Below, piece after piece: positions 35,900 through 51,169 of a stretch of 64,000 nucleotides of DNA. How positions within the stretch are numbered: position 1 is the stretch's first letter; the number at the start of each line of letters is the position of its first letter. The notes below the pieces were generated by a model. That model saw only the letters and a program-made list of their open reading frames with translations, made no database searches and had not been told where the DNA came from. The DNA is taken from NCBI GenBank assembly GCA_010405405.1, contig MU004235.1, positions 262,538 through 326,537 on the forward strand, given 5' to 3'. The DNA comes from Microthyrium microscopicum. Its lineage: Eukaryota. The translations under genes and the position numbers were made by a program.

Positions 35900-36298
35900 A
35901 GCGTCGCATTGTGGAATTCATTGAATAGCAAGCGAGTATAAGTTTCAGCAAATATCATGTCCATGTCATTTTCTATTCTTTTCGTGAATAACGAAATAAG
36001 TGTGTACACAAAGGGCTGATGGCAACTCATTCATCATTCAGCCAGATCCTGGATGAGTACAAAAAAAGAACATAACAACAGCATCATCCGCATGTCATAA
36101 TCTACACTGCTTGTCGCCCGCCTCCAGCACTCGCAGCAACCAGGGCCAAAGCAGGGGATACAGAAATTTCATCTCGCTTTAAACCCAATGCTGCAGTGTT
36201 TTTTGATAGAGAGAAAAAAGTGCGTTTATTTCACGCCAGTCGAGTAGTTTGGGGTATCGTAGAGCCCGCCGCATTCAGGTCGTCGTCTTGCATGTAAG

Positions 36299-36927
36299 TT
36301 AACGGCCCTTGTGGACTCTGCTCTTGATTTCGTCATACTCGATATCGTCGGCATCGTTGGCTTGGATATCGGCAGCGAGACCGTTGAGAGAGCGCTTAAG
36401 TGCTTCTTTGGACGACGAGTACATCATGCGAGGCTATTGTCCATTGTATTAGCCTCCAATCTTTAGTAGTCATAGCTCCCAAGGCAGACTTACATATTGT
36501 GGCGCATCATCTGGGCACCAAGTGATAAAGGTAATCTTGTTGCGTAGACCCTCGCCATTCTCGAGTTCGTACTCAAAGTCGTAAACAGCATAGCGTCCGC
36601 CAATGCCCTCTTTGCCTTTTCGGTCCTTGGATTTTGCGTTGAGGAGTTTTTCGCGGAAGATGGCGTAGTCGGCGTTGTCGCTCTTTTCTTCAACGACAAT
36701 CTCTTTCCAGTCGTCGCTGATGGTGTAGATTATCCACTTGAGGGATTTTCCTAGCTTGAGCTCGTTGAAGGCGGTGATGCACTCGGGGGCAACGGATACA
36801 CCAGAGGAAGCCTGTGTATTGTTAGCTTGGGATCTTTTGCTGCTCGAGGCCGGTGGTTGTGGTGGATTGGATGCCTGAGAGTGGGCTGCGCGGAGCTGGT
36901 GATAAGGATGGTGGGAAGGCATACCAT
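36299..36927 (-). CDS. COF1: Cofilin / actin-depolymerising factor, 3 exons
   Basis: ATG-only first coding exon (36927-36925); exon 36811-36494 ([12 protein letters not shown]...RYAVYDFEY...WCPDDAP); exon 36433-36299 ([16 protein letters not shown]). Confidence 0.95.
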
Positions 36928-37913
36928 GATGAGAGTGCTTGCGGATGAATTCGTAGTATGTGGAGATGCGTGTTTGGAGCGTGAAGAGAGAAAAGGAATA
37001 GAGATTTGATATGAGGACGGAAAGTGAGAAAGAGGGGAGGAGTAGAGAGTATTTGGGCAGTGGGAGAGGAAGGAGAGTTGTTTAGTGGGGCAAGCTTTCG
37101 TTGCACGAGAAACCGCTGCCCATCAATCAATTAAGCCTGGCCAGTTCTTGTCAGCCTGCTCTCCGTCAACATCGAAATCCTACTCCAGTATCAACTTCTG
37201 TGAATTCGTTGAAGCTTATCATATACCTTGCGGCAATTATCTCATCTGCTCCATCCCGCGACATCAGCCTTGTACTAGAGTAGTAGTTGATGTAAACACG
37301 AAACACGTCACTTCTTTCGCCAGCCATTGTCCCTTGCGGTACTCCCAGATCAGATCAAATATGTTGCCTAGTACTCTATACTATGTACCTACTTAGGTAT
37401 CGCTCATAACATCAGAAGCCATAAATAGCATCGTCTAGTCATCAGCCAGCCGTGGTCAGCTGCTGTGAACGCAGTTGTATAATGCCATAGGAGCTCACAA
37501 GCTCGTCCATGGTTGCGAGAACAAGATCACAGGCTACCAGCATAGGACTATCATTCAGAGAGTACATAGTATATTCAGAAAATACCATCAGAGTTGAAAA
37601 CTTTACCATTGATCTACTTTTAACACTACAATCCCCTTCTGGAGGTTTTTTTTATAAATACAAGAAACAGATCAAAAACTCCTCCACAATGCCCCCTGCT
37701 CCAATGCAAATATCAAACAGGAGAGTGGAGAAGTATTCCAGGCGCCACTACTCTAACAATCAATACAATCAAGAATAGGTTTACCAGTATTTTTATAACA
37801 AGGTGTGGGGGTATGTGAGTACCGAGATCAAAAACCACCACGCGTTCCATTCTCGGATTTTCTTCTTCATCTTCTTTCTTTTCAGGCAGACGTGATTTAG
37901 AGCTGCAGTTTTT

Positions 37914-39798
<1,885 letters not shown>

Positions 39799-39976
39799 TG
39801 TGAAAGAGAGAATGGGGTGTGTGTGATTAAGATGGAAATACCCTGTACCAGAACTCCAGGATGAAAGGACAGCGATATAGGGATGGAAGAATTGGTAGAA
39901 GCGGAGTATGAAGAGATGATGATGTTCAAAAGCAGCGGAAGATGAAAAAAAATCGAGACAGTAAAGTCAAAGGCGT

Positions 39977-40007
39977 TGATTGGCTACAGCACAGAATCTT
40001 CGAGATG
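39977..40007. promoter_or_regulatory. CCAAT box and heat-shock-element-like motif upstream of HSP60
   Basis: GATTGG (CCAAT on the minus strand) at ~39978 and aGAAtcTTCgaGATg (two perfect plus one imperfect nGAAn units) at 39993-40007, ~200 bp upstream of the ATG. Confidence 0.5.
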
Positions 40008-40466
40008 GAAGCTGGTGGCCAAAGCGCCCCCTAAGCAACCATCGTCAATGAGATGACAGTGATCACAACCTTGATATTACTCCTTTTTATTCTCTGAAGT
40101 CTAATCTACATATCATGGGCTATATGACAGCTCGAGTCTCTTTGGATAAGTTCTGTAAGGTGCCTTTGGGAGATGTTGCTGTTGAACCCACCCATTACCG
40201 CCAATAGATACTGTATGACAACTCGGTCCACGACGCAATCGAATATCTAGTTATTGAGATAATCTCTTAACATAACAAGTGCTACGAAAGGAACTGCACT
40301 CCATTGGAGGCATTGTGTCATTTGGTGCTCAAGTAAGTGAGCGTGGTAACATATTGGTACACGCAACAGCCCATTAGGAGTCATTCTATAAACATACATC
40401 TCCTTTTCCCTTTGCTCGTTCTAATCAGATTTCCTTGTAATCATGAATCATATCACCCCTCTCAGT

Positions 40467-41108
40467 TTAGGACAATGGTGGAAACGATCGAACAAAGTGA
40501 CTGGGGCACTCATATCCGCCTGGGTTGACGTCCAAGTACTACCAAAATGTTAACATCGTATTCGCATCTCGAAATATCATTGATCATACCTTCTGATGAT
40601 ATGCCTCAGCATCATACCACTCGCCCGCTGGTATAATCTCCGTCACAACCTTGCCCTTTGTCCACCACTCCTTCGCCACCTTATCCTTGACCTCCTGTGC
40701 AATCTTCTTCTGCTCCTCACTATGCGTAAACACCGCACTGCGATACTGGCTGCCCGTATCCGGGCCCTGTCGATCCGGAGTGGTGGGATCGTGCATCTTG
40801 AAGAAGAACTCGAGAAGTTCCCGGTAGCTCACTTTGTCCGCGTCATAGTGTACCTGAAGAGCTTCCGCATGTCCGGTTCTACCGGAGCAGACGGCGCGGT
40901 AAGATGGGTTGGATGTGTCGCCGCCGATGTAGCCGACGCGTGCATCAATTAGACCTTTGTTGGCGTAGTGCTTGCGGAAGAGGTGCTCGACGCCCCAGAA
41001 GCAGCCGGCGGCGAAGGTGGCGAGGGGCGCGTTGGGTGGGAGGGACATTTTGTCGGCGGGAGCAGAGGTAAACAGAGTGCGGATGGAACGGGGGAGGAGA
41101 GACAGCAT
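40467..41108 (-). CDS. MXR1: Peptide methionine sulfoxide reductase MsrA, 2 exons
   Basis: FAAGCFWGVE, GHAE, RQGPDTGSQYRS, AEAYHQK|YLDVNPGGYECPSH. Confidence 0.96.
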
Positions 41109-41839
41109 TAATGGAAAAAGGAGAAGCAAGAAGAGATGCTGAAGTCGAGGAATATTGAAGTCTTGGTTGGGGACTGGGTTGGGTGGTTTCTTCCTGGATG
41201 ACGTGAATTGGAGGGGTTGTGCGGTGAAGCGATATAATTGTTAGGTAGTTGTGAATTTCAGATTGTTTGGTAAAGAGGACAAAAAACTGAAAGCTGTTCT
41301 GGAGGAGAAGTACTAGTTTATATCCTTCGCAGAGGTTGTCACGGCAAAGTCGATGATGAAGATATTAGGAATCACGCAAGGCTGTGTAGCAATTTGGAAT
41401 AGCTCCCGGAAGATCGATTTCAATTGGTGCGTCTGTTATGCAGGTATTATTAGAGTAGAGCTCGAATATGTTTTCATATTCTCTGATAACATAATATCAA
41501 ATATGTCTTTGATTGAATACACGTTTTCGACTTACTCTAGTAAGCAACAGCTCTTTACTGGAGTATTCATTTCTCTGGAATTGCCTAGAACTGCTACTCT
41601 ACCTACCATTTCGAAGTCATATTCTACGGTCGTCTAAGACAAATGTTGTTCCATAGTTTTCATCCAGAAATTCCTATTTACTAAAGGTAGTACATAACAG
41701 TCCTGATCTGGAATGTTCAAGTTTCAGCGTCCTTTTTCAAATCTAGAGTAGGTTGTTCAATGAGCTTTCAGTACTACTACAAGTAGACATCAAAATATAA
41801 TTGATTTTGGGAATGTAAATCCCGTAACGCACATGATCA

Positions 41840-43307
41840 TTACTGCTGTTTCGTGCTTAATCTTGCAAACTGCCAGTTAAGTACGCCCATCTCTTCCGCG
41901 TCTCCTCCCATCATACTAGCATGGGCATGTTTTCGTCTATTGTGAAGTTAGCGATTTAGGCTATCCGAGTCGAGTACACAAAACTTACGCTGGATGCTTG
42001 TTCAAGTCATACTTCGCCTCAATCACAACCTTGTCGTCCTTGTGAACCAATAATGGATCCAAACACTCAGTCATGTCATTAAGAGCCAGCCACACATCGC
42101 CATTGGCAGCGGTGTTCTTCTTCTCATAGATAGCCTTTGAATTGCAGACTTCTTTTCCATTGAGATTCATCGAAATGCTCTCGCCACCGTCATGCAAATG
42201 TCCACGGATCTGAAGAATGTAGCCGTCCTCGGTGACGAGCATCTCTTTGCTCTTGTAGGAATATACTTTCTGTCCCTCTGGCGGCCGTAGGGCAGTAAGT
42301 CCATCGTCACATTCTTTGACATTCAAGACAGCGACTCCGCTCTCCATGTAGTCTTTGGGTTTGCCCTCGATGTAGCTGAGTTTGGCGACGGCGTATATCT
42401 TCTTGGTGGCGTTGCCGTAGTTGACGACTTCGCTGGAGAACAGGATCTTTTGATCTTTGCCGAGGTAGTTTCCTGATTTGAAGGTGCCGTTTTGGCCGGC
42501 ATATGGAGAGGATCCACCTTCTTCAGCGACGGCCGTGAGAATAGGCGCGGATAGGGGTTGATTGTTGTTGTTGGCACACTTAAATGGTAGGTGAAGTGGT
42601 TTTCGAACGTTGGCTAGAACGGTATGGTGATTGTAGACATTGTTCGCAACGTCGGCTGGTGATCCATCTTCAAATCTCAAGCTTAGTGCTGCTAGAAGAA
42701 CTGTGATATCTTTTGGGAACCCATCAACAACGCCGGTAATTGAAACACTGCCTTTGTCCATCTTCATGAGAGAGTCCAAACCAGTCTGTTTGGCCGCCTG
42801 AAAAGGAGTTAGTAATGACGGAAAGAGACGGAGAGAGACAGTCGGGGATCCATATTCTGATATAGAACTTACCTCTACAGCTGTAATAAGATCGATCGGA
42901 CCATTCCATACCTCGATGGTTTTTGCGCCAGCGAGTTTGACTTGAGGATCTAAAGGAAGGTTTACGGTCTTGACCACTTTGTATTGAGGTAAGCCGCTCA
43001 TGATAGGGTCCAGAAGCTGGTATTGTTGTGCCTTATCAAGGACCTGAAACATGACTTTGTTGACGTCAATGCCCTTCATATAATTCTTGACAGCTTCGTT
43101 GTTCATTAACCAACTCGTTGCTTGAGATATCAAGTCGGGCATGGAGCCGGTCGATGTCTTAGGAGTGGCGGATTGTCTGCGTTCTGGCATCAAATTAGTG
43201 TCAATTGAACGATAGCTAAGTGATGTGAACTGCTTACCCAGTCTGTTATGATCGATTGCGGCGCCTGAGGCCACAGCCGCAAAACTGACTATGTTGACTG
43301 GCTTCAT
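41840..43307 (-). CDS. Secreted protein with copper type-II monooxygenase-like (PHM/DBH, SURNod19-like) ligand motifs
   Basis: Signal peptide MKPVNIVSFAAVASG; two in-frame introns inside the listed ORF and a terminal exon (RKHAHASMMGGDAEEMGVLNWQF); motifs YNHH, GHLHDGG and EEMG. Confidence 0.7.
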
Positions 43308-44560
43308 GATAACGAAGGAAAGCAAAACCTGTCAGTGTGAAGTCGGAGTGCTCTGGCTTATGTCAAAGCGGTGGTTGTCACAGTATCTTTATATCTCCCC
43401 AAGCTAATATGAGACTTGTATAGGAAGCCATATTAGTTTGTACTGTGTACCTAGATACAGTTTAGCCCTGCGCAAGAGGCAAACTACATTTGTGAATATT
43501 GTTGACCATGGCCTTCATAATGATGGTTGAGAGGTAGCTGAACAGAATCTAAATTGAAAGTAGTGGTTTCAAGTCAGTAATTGGATACATTGCTGTACCG
43601 CAAGGGAAGCGTAGTATAAACAACGGTTATGGTGACGGACAATATGGCATTTCCTTGGTCACATCCCATGGGATGCATATATCGACCGTCTGATAATTGT
43701 GAATTACTCGTAAGAAGCATGAAACTGGAGTATGGATACTATAGAAAGGAAAGGCCATATGATATGCGAGAGTTAGCCAGATCCGCGGGAGGGATTACTG
43801 TTAAGGGTTCTGGCCAGTGTTAGTTCTGTCTTCTAGAATGAGTACACCAATACGAAGAACGCTGTGAAAGTCTATCGATATTAAATCTGTGGAGTGCGTC
43901 GTGAAGGCCATGGTTCCTCGTTAGAGGACACTACCAATCTCGTTAGGTTTACGAGCTCGGTCCAAAGCTCACGCTCACCCCCGCACTCTGGCACTCTGGG
44001 ACGGTGAAGACTGGTAATATTGATAGGCTTGCTGGTTGAACGTAGTAGGTCTTTGAAGGTCTTCAGTGTGTAGACCCATGCAGTGTAGCAAACCCACCCA
44101 GGGATCGTAAAATTATTGGAAAACGGATTCAGAAACCCTGCGAGGATTACATTTTAATCAAATGGCACGCTTGTCCACAAAGACGGTAGACGCCAGATCG
44201 GGTAGTTGTCACAACTTCCACGTCTTTAACAAAACAACTCGAAAATGAAGCGATAAAATGCGACTTTCGAATTGAACTGTAACGCGCGAGCTATGTTGAG
44301 AAGCTCGAGAGATACTTATGGATTCAGAATCTCGCGCGAGAATTCTCCGAGTGCAAATTCTAACAGGTAGTTGCGGCATCTCGCGGCATCTTGAACGACG
44401 GCATAGAATGATCTGTCAGAAATGTCATCTCATTCGTGTTATACATAAAAGAAGAAATTGCACCAGCAATCAAGGTCGTTGTGTTCCCAGAAACATAAAG
44501 CTCGTGGTCGTTTACTCATAGCTACGACGCCAGGTATTTCCTCTCAGCATAACCGGTATC

Positions 44561-45068
44561 ATGGCCACACCACCCTTCAACGCTGAAACGGCTCAGCAGA
44601 AAGTCAAAAAGGCACAGGACTTGTGGAATACCAGGTACGTTTGTTGATCTGCATACGGCCCAGGTGTCCATCCTGACCAAGTCGCCTAGAAACCCTGAGG
44701 CAGTGGCCAAAGCTTATACTCCTGATTGTGTATGGAGGAACCGAGACTTCTTCATCAAGGGAACCAGGGAGATTGTCGACCTACTCACTAAGAAATGGAG
44801 CCGCGAGGTAGACTATCGTCTACGCAAAGAGCTGTTTGCATTTAGTGACAACAAGATTGCTGTACAGTTCTGGTATGAGTATCGTGATGTCGATGATGGC
44901 CTTAAGTGGAAACGATGTTATGGATTGGAGGATTGGACCTTCAATGACCAGGGAGTGATGCGCAAGCGCATGATGAGTGGCAATGATATTACAATCTCTG
45001 ATGATGAGCGTTGGTTCAGGAATGGAGTTGATGTCAACACGGTCGCAATATCCGAGAAACATTGGTAG
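44561..45068 (+). CDS. DUF1348 / SnoaL-NTF2-like protein, 2 exons
   Basis: PPFNAETAQQKVKKAQDLWNTR|NPEAVAKAYTPDCVWRNR...YRLRKELFAF...IAVQFWYEY...RCYGLEDW. Confidence 0.9.
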
Positions 45069-45138
45069 CTGATGGCATTGGTGAATAGTCCGTCAAGGTA
45101 GCCCATCGGGAGGAAATTTGATGAACTTCTTGCCAACT

Positions 45139-45667
45139 TCAAGCTGGGGGTGTGTCATGCACTACTACGAGTAGGAACTTAGAGTCTTTGGAGCTATTAG
45201 CAATTTCTACTAGAACACAATCTCAATCCGTTATACGTACGCGGCACCACCACAAGCTCGCTCTTCTTAGTTCGAACTCTGAGTAAACGGACTTCATCTT
45301 CAACATCCAAGTCTTCAACCAGGCCTTCGGTGGCCTTGACATATTTCCATACTGCTTTGGCAACATCTTCGCCAGTCTGTTGTCCCTCCGCTTCACCATC
45401 TTCAGTCGCGAAGGCTCCGGAATTTCGCAGGCTATCGGAGCCGTTGGTAGCTGTAGATTTTGCAGGAGAGGTGAAAGTTCGCACGGGCGATGTTGAGATT
45501 GTTGCAGCATCAGCAGCAGTGGAAGAAGCTCTTTTGCGTCGTAAGGCAAGGAGGCCATCAGCTCGAAGAATAGCGCCGTCGGTTCGTGAGAGGACGAGGG
45601 TGGATTGAACGCCTGGTTTGGCACTCATTCGGGCCAGCAGGCCAAGACTTTCATCGGAAGGCTCCAT
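45139..45667 (-). CDS. Roadblock/LC7-type dynein light chain
   Basis: LARMSAKPGVQSTLVLSRTDGAILR...VRLLRVRTKKSELVVVP|DSKFLLVVVHDTPPA; start codon uncertain. Confidence 0.85.
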
Positions 45668-46569
45668 TAGAGTGATCAACTTGTAAATGAATTGAGTGAC
45701 GGTCGCGATATACATGATGGTGTTGGCACAAAACACGCGAGAAATCACTAGCGTCGAAACTGTCCAAAGCTTTCGGCCAATCAGCTTCAACTTCAGCCTT
45801 GTCCACTCAACTCCATCTCACAAATTATGAGTCTCGAAAATTGGATCAGGCGTCGAGACTAGTCATGGAGAATCAAGTCCTGGTCCCAATTCTACAGACT
45901 GCCAGGTCTGCTTCATCAAAATGGTATTGCTGTGCCGCGACTGCAAGTGGTTGCAATTGTAAAGTCGAGTACTCAAAGCGTTGGTGATGTAAAATTGTAA
46001 TGCCTGTGCACTCTGGAAGGTCGCATCTGTTTAAGCTTCTTAGTACTAGTACAAATCAAAGCTGAAGTGGATTACTGACATCAAGAAAATATCTGTCACT
46101 TAAGGACAAGAATATGCTCCATTCTATCAGGTAAGTACTTGCTGCCCTATATCCGTACATGGTAGCGGGTTCGCTCGGGCCTGCTGATTGGCGACGAGAG
46201 TACAGGGAACAAGTTCGTTTATCAATCCAAATATTAGATGATCGACCAGAAAATTCAAATCGTTCTTTCCATTGACTTTGCGACAGCATCATTTCTCATA
46301 CACACCTGCGATCTGACAACCCACCATGCAAGTGTAAAGAGCAAGAGTAATGATTATTGAGTGTTTTGTTCTGAGACACCGGTCAATCAAGGAACAAATA
46401 CGTCAGATCCCGAGCCGGTAGTACCAGGGAGTCAGTGTAAAAATGAGCTTTGTGATCTCGGCCTTGTTGAACGCCGGCGCGACCGAATCATGGCCGATGT
46501 CTTCCAAAAAGTTGGTCGTCTTAAGCTTTCCATTCTTCTTGGCTTTTTGGTAGTCCAAAAATTCTAGCT

Positions 46570-48406
46570 ATGATGATGCTCTTATCGATTTCTGCAGTAC
46601 TTGTGGCCGGCGTGTCTGCAAGTGCCACTCTTGCAAATGTTTGTACAACCTCATTTATACAGAAAGTGCTCCCAGCCGACAACATAATCAATTGAGTTTC
46701 GATTTCACCAACTTCTCTTACAGTCAATCCAGTGACAAACTACACGATAGCTCCTTCGCCACTTTATGCTGGTAAAAGTGGACTCGATTTCTGTAACGTC
46801 ACATTTGCCTACAGTCACGCCGGTTTAAATGATACTGTTAGTCTTGCGTAAAATTCTAGACGATATTCTAATACTGGAGTAGAATAATCTTTGGTTCTGG
46901 CTACCAAGCCCAGCTCAGTTCCAGAACCGGTGGCTTACTACAGGTGGCGGCGGGCTGAGCATCACTTCAGGAGAGCGAGGTCTTTCAACAGGCCTCGTAT
47001 ATGGAGCTGCTGCGGGTACCACGGATGGAGGTTTCGGTGGATTCTCCAACGATTTGAGCAGTGTCTTGCTCCTGGCCAATGGGACCCTCAACTACGAGAT
47101 GCTCTTCTCCTTCGGATACAGAGCGATCCACGAACTGACAGTTTTGGGTAAAGAGTTCACCAAATCCTACTACAGTACTTCCAAGTTCTACTCTTATTAT
47201 CAAGGTTGTTCTGAAGGTGGTCGGGAAGGATTCAGTCAAGTTCAAAGATATGGCTCGCAATTTGATGGTGCTGCAATTGGCGCTCCAGCATTTAGACAAG
47301 CTTTCCAGCAGGTACTGCACCTGTTCAGCAACGTTGTGGAAGTAACCAAGAACTACTACCCGTCTCCGTGTGAACTGGAAAAAATCAACAACGATACCCT
47401 TGCCGCATGCGATGGCTTAGATGGTCGACTGGATGGAGTGGTTAGTCGAACTGATTTGTGCAAGTTACAACACAACGCCAATGCGAGCATTGGAAAAAAA
47501 TACAGTTGCGATGCTACAAGTTCGCCATCATTTCCGGGTGGTCCGAGTCGCCCCAAATCGCCCGGTCCTCCAGGACGTGGAGCGAGGCCAGGTCGCCCGT
47601 CTAAAAGACTTCCGGCGGCAAACGGAACTGTCACAGCAGAAGGTGCAGCTGTTGCTCAGCAAATCTGGGATGGGCTCTTTGACTCCAAGGGCCGACAGGC
47701 ATATGTCTCTTTTCAGCCTACAGCAACCTTTGACGATGCCGCCACAACATTCGACAATAACACGGGCAAATACACAGCCACTGCGAGCGGAATTGGATTA
47801 CAATACGTAAACCTCTTTCTCAAGGAAATCAACTCCAACAGCCTCCCGCTAGCGAACATCACCTACGACACACTGCGAAATTGGATGCTAGAAGGTATGC
47901 AAAAATTCGCTGATACCCTTCAAACGACCTGGCCAGACTTGGAGGATTTTCATAGTCATGGCGCAAAATTGATTCATATTCACGGAGAATCCGACCCCAG
48001 CATCCCATCAGCCTCTTCAGCAATGTATTACAACTCTGTGCGTAAGATCATGTACCCAAACCAGAATTTCAACCAAAGCTATGCCAGCCTCCAGGAATGG
48101 TATAAATTCTTCTTAGTACCTGGCGCAGCGCACTGTTCTCCTAGTCCAGGACAACCCAATGGCCCGTTCCCTCAAAATGTGCTTGCAAGCGTTATCGACT
48201 GGGTTGAAAACGGTGTAGACCCAAAAGAGCTCAATGCTACTGTCTTAGACAGTTCATATGTCTCCACCGGTATCGATCAGAAGCTGTGTGCATTTCCTTT
48301 GCGACCGTTGTGGACCAACAATACAACGATGGGCTGCGTATATGATCAGGCTTCCCTTGATACCTGGACTCCAAGGTTGGACTCGATACCTCTGCCCGTT
48401 TATTGA
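46570..48406 (+). CDS. Secreted tannase / feruloyl esterase, 2 exons
   Basis: Signal peptide; GCSEGGREG (Ser), HGESD (Asp), PGAAHC (His); internal KR site. Confidence 0.93.
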
Positions 48407-48915
48407 CCGGTGGATTCAAGAAGCCTCCTGTTAGACTAATGACAAGAACGAAACACAGTGTGTTGCTTGTGCGGATTTACTTTGGGAGCAAATCACACTT
48501 TAGGTACGATAACTTCACCTGTCAAGATTTGATACTTGCTTTCTTTCTATCGTTCTCAAAGTTCAGACAGAAAGCAGTTTTGATCATATAAAGAAGAGTC
48601 GACCACAGAGACCAAAATTTATCCCTTGAAAAGGCACAAAAAGAAACTCAATCAAGCCGAAACTTTAACGAAATGTATTACCCGCTTTTGTCTAGGTAGT
48701 ATTTGTGAATGCTTCGCAGGTGAAGGTGTAGAGAATTGGCGTTTGCATTATTATACCAAGAAGTCAAGTGAGAGCGAACTCACTAGCTCATCAAATCAAC
48801 GATCATCTTATCAAAAAGTTCACCACATCCACGTCACTGATTTGCAAATGTACTATCGATTTATTTCATAGCCTTGAACTCGTATGTAGCATTTTATTGA
48901 ATTCCAGCTTTCAAC

Positions 48916-51012
48916 ATGGCAAGGAAGGCTATGCGAACACGACGTCACTCGCCTCATAAAACCACACAATCACTGGCTTCGCGACACAAAGTCAGGAACT
49001 TTCTTGTCCTCGGAATCAAAATTTGCACTCACGGCCTCATCCTCTGCGTACCCACGGTTCTTGCTGGAATCACACTATATCTTATTTTCCGAGATGCGGT
49101 TGTGCCTGAGGTTTCTGTTGAACTTGCTGAGGACACATGGTATTTTCTTCAAGGGCGGTATCGTCGGGTGCCGATGTACCTCTCTCTGATATCGTTCATA
49201 TGGGCTCTGTGTGCTTTGAGGTCGGCGCTTTACCTCTTATCGTTCCACAGAGCATATCGAATCTATTGCTCTTCGACGAAGAAGGACAACAAACCACTGC
49301 CTAGCTCATATGATTTTGCCATTATGCTGAATGCTTTGAGTGGTAGTCCATGTGGCCTGGTCAAAGCACTGAGACGATATTGCAAGGTCAAAGCATCGAG
49401 GCGATACTTGAGCTTGATCTGGGTATTTTTCGTGTTTTTGCTCTTTGTGTAAGGACTTCGAAAAACATGGAGTGACTTGGCTAATTCGTGGTATAGCTTA
49501 GTGATGGGAATCAGTGCCGCTTGTATGCTTGTCTTTTCGCTGAACATTCAAGTCCCCATTGAGACCACATCGGTTGCTGATTCATGCTCTTTTGGTCGCC
49601 AAGTATCGCCAGTATGTTTCCAGCTTGAACCAATGGACAATATAGTTTTCGAACAAGGCCTCAATCCTTTACATTGCAGAGACCGACCCGACCTTCAATA
49701 TGAAGATAATTCGTTCTCATCGCAGAGGACGAACTCCACGGTCGCGAGTATCGAATCTGCAATGTTGTTAGCCAACTCGTCTATCACAACGTCTCTGTCA
49801 AATAACAGCCGATTTGCGATCTTAGTACCGTCCGATCTGCCATCTGAAAGCTACTACTCCGCCTCAACGATAGGGGTATTCGCAGATTTCAGCCTCGTCA
49901 GCGACCCATGCCAACAAAGCAGCCCATCATCACAGTGGCTCTGCCAAAACCTCGATTCCATTCAACAATCCTCCCACTCACTGATCTATCCACCACCAAC
50001 CACAGTACACTTTACCGAAAACGAAGTCTCCTTCAGCATCGCTATCAAACTCTCCTTACCCACCAGCTTCAACTTTCCCTCCATATCCTCTAGCATCCAC
50101 CTTCTCAACAACAACAACACCACACTCTTCGCCATCCTTCGCAGCACCCTCGCCGCCTACCACACAACCTACACCCACACAACCACCTTCAACGCAACAT
50201 CCTTCAGACCCACCAACACCTCCCTTACCCAACTCATCTTCACCCCCCTAATCCCAAACCTCATCCCCGCCTACCACGGCACTCTCCCCACCCTCCCAAC
50301 CACACTCCTCACCAACATCACAACCACCACCGCCCTCCTCACAACCCTCTCCTCCCTCTTCGCCTCAACCACCCTAAACACCACAATCCCCCTCCTATCA
50401 CCTACACCCTGCCTAACCCAATCTCCCCTGCAATCCGTCTACGCAGTCCCCAAAGCTCTCCTCCTCTCCTCCATCCTATCGTCAATTCTCTACAGCGTAG
50501 CCAGCCTAATGCTTTTATTCGCAGCAGGTGGCTGTGTGTTAGCCGAACCAGATATGCGCGAAATTCAAATGCGTATGGGCGTATATGGACTCGTTGCGGC
50601 TGCGCTGGAGCCGTTGGGACAGGGGGGTCGGGTTGGTGGTGTGGAGGAGTTGTTTGAGGAGGGGAGGAGGGTTGGGTTGAGGCAGGGGGGTGATGGGGGG
50701 TGGGGATGGGTTGGGTTGCTTGATCGGAGAGTGGGAGATGAGGATGGGGATGGGGATGGGAATGGAGAGGTTGTTGAGGGGGATGATGTGCGGAGACAAA
50801 TAGACGAAGCGCCGAGAATTGATGTTGATATTGGGGAGTCTACGGCTACGGCGGATATGGCGGTGGATGGTAGAGAAAATGGTGAGGTTAGAGATCTAAT
50901 GCCGGCAAGTGGAATTGGCGGGAGTGAGATTGCTGGTCAGCGGGTTACAGGTGTGGAGCGAGACGAAGGCTTGGAGGAAATGCGGGCATTGTGGCATAGT
51001 TGGTATGGCTGA
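48916..51012 (+). CDS. Uncharacterised multi-pass membrane glycoprotein, probably 2 exons
   Basis: ORFs of 178 and 511 aa separated by GTAAGG...CTAAT...TAG; N-terminal hydrophobic helices, Thr-rich middle, C-terminal TM followed by EIQMRMGVYGLVA. Confidence 0.6.
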
Positions 51013-51169
51013 TGGTAACTTTGGGCCGAAGGGATGTAAGTAGAGTTCCAATTGTGCGCGATATCAAGAATAGACGAGCGATTTCGTTGAATGAGTCTAT
51101 ATACATTAGTACGATGTTGGCTTTGTCGTTGCAAAGCCATCTCTTGCTACCTGTTAGCTATCTGGAAGC

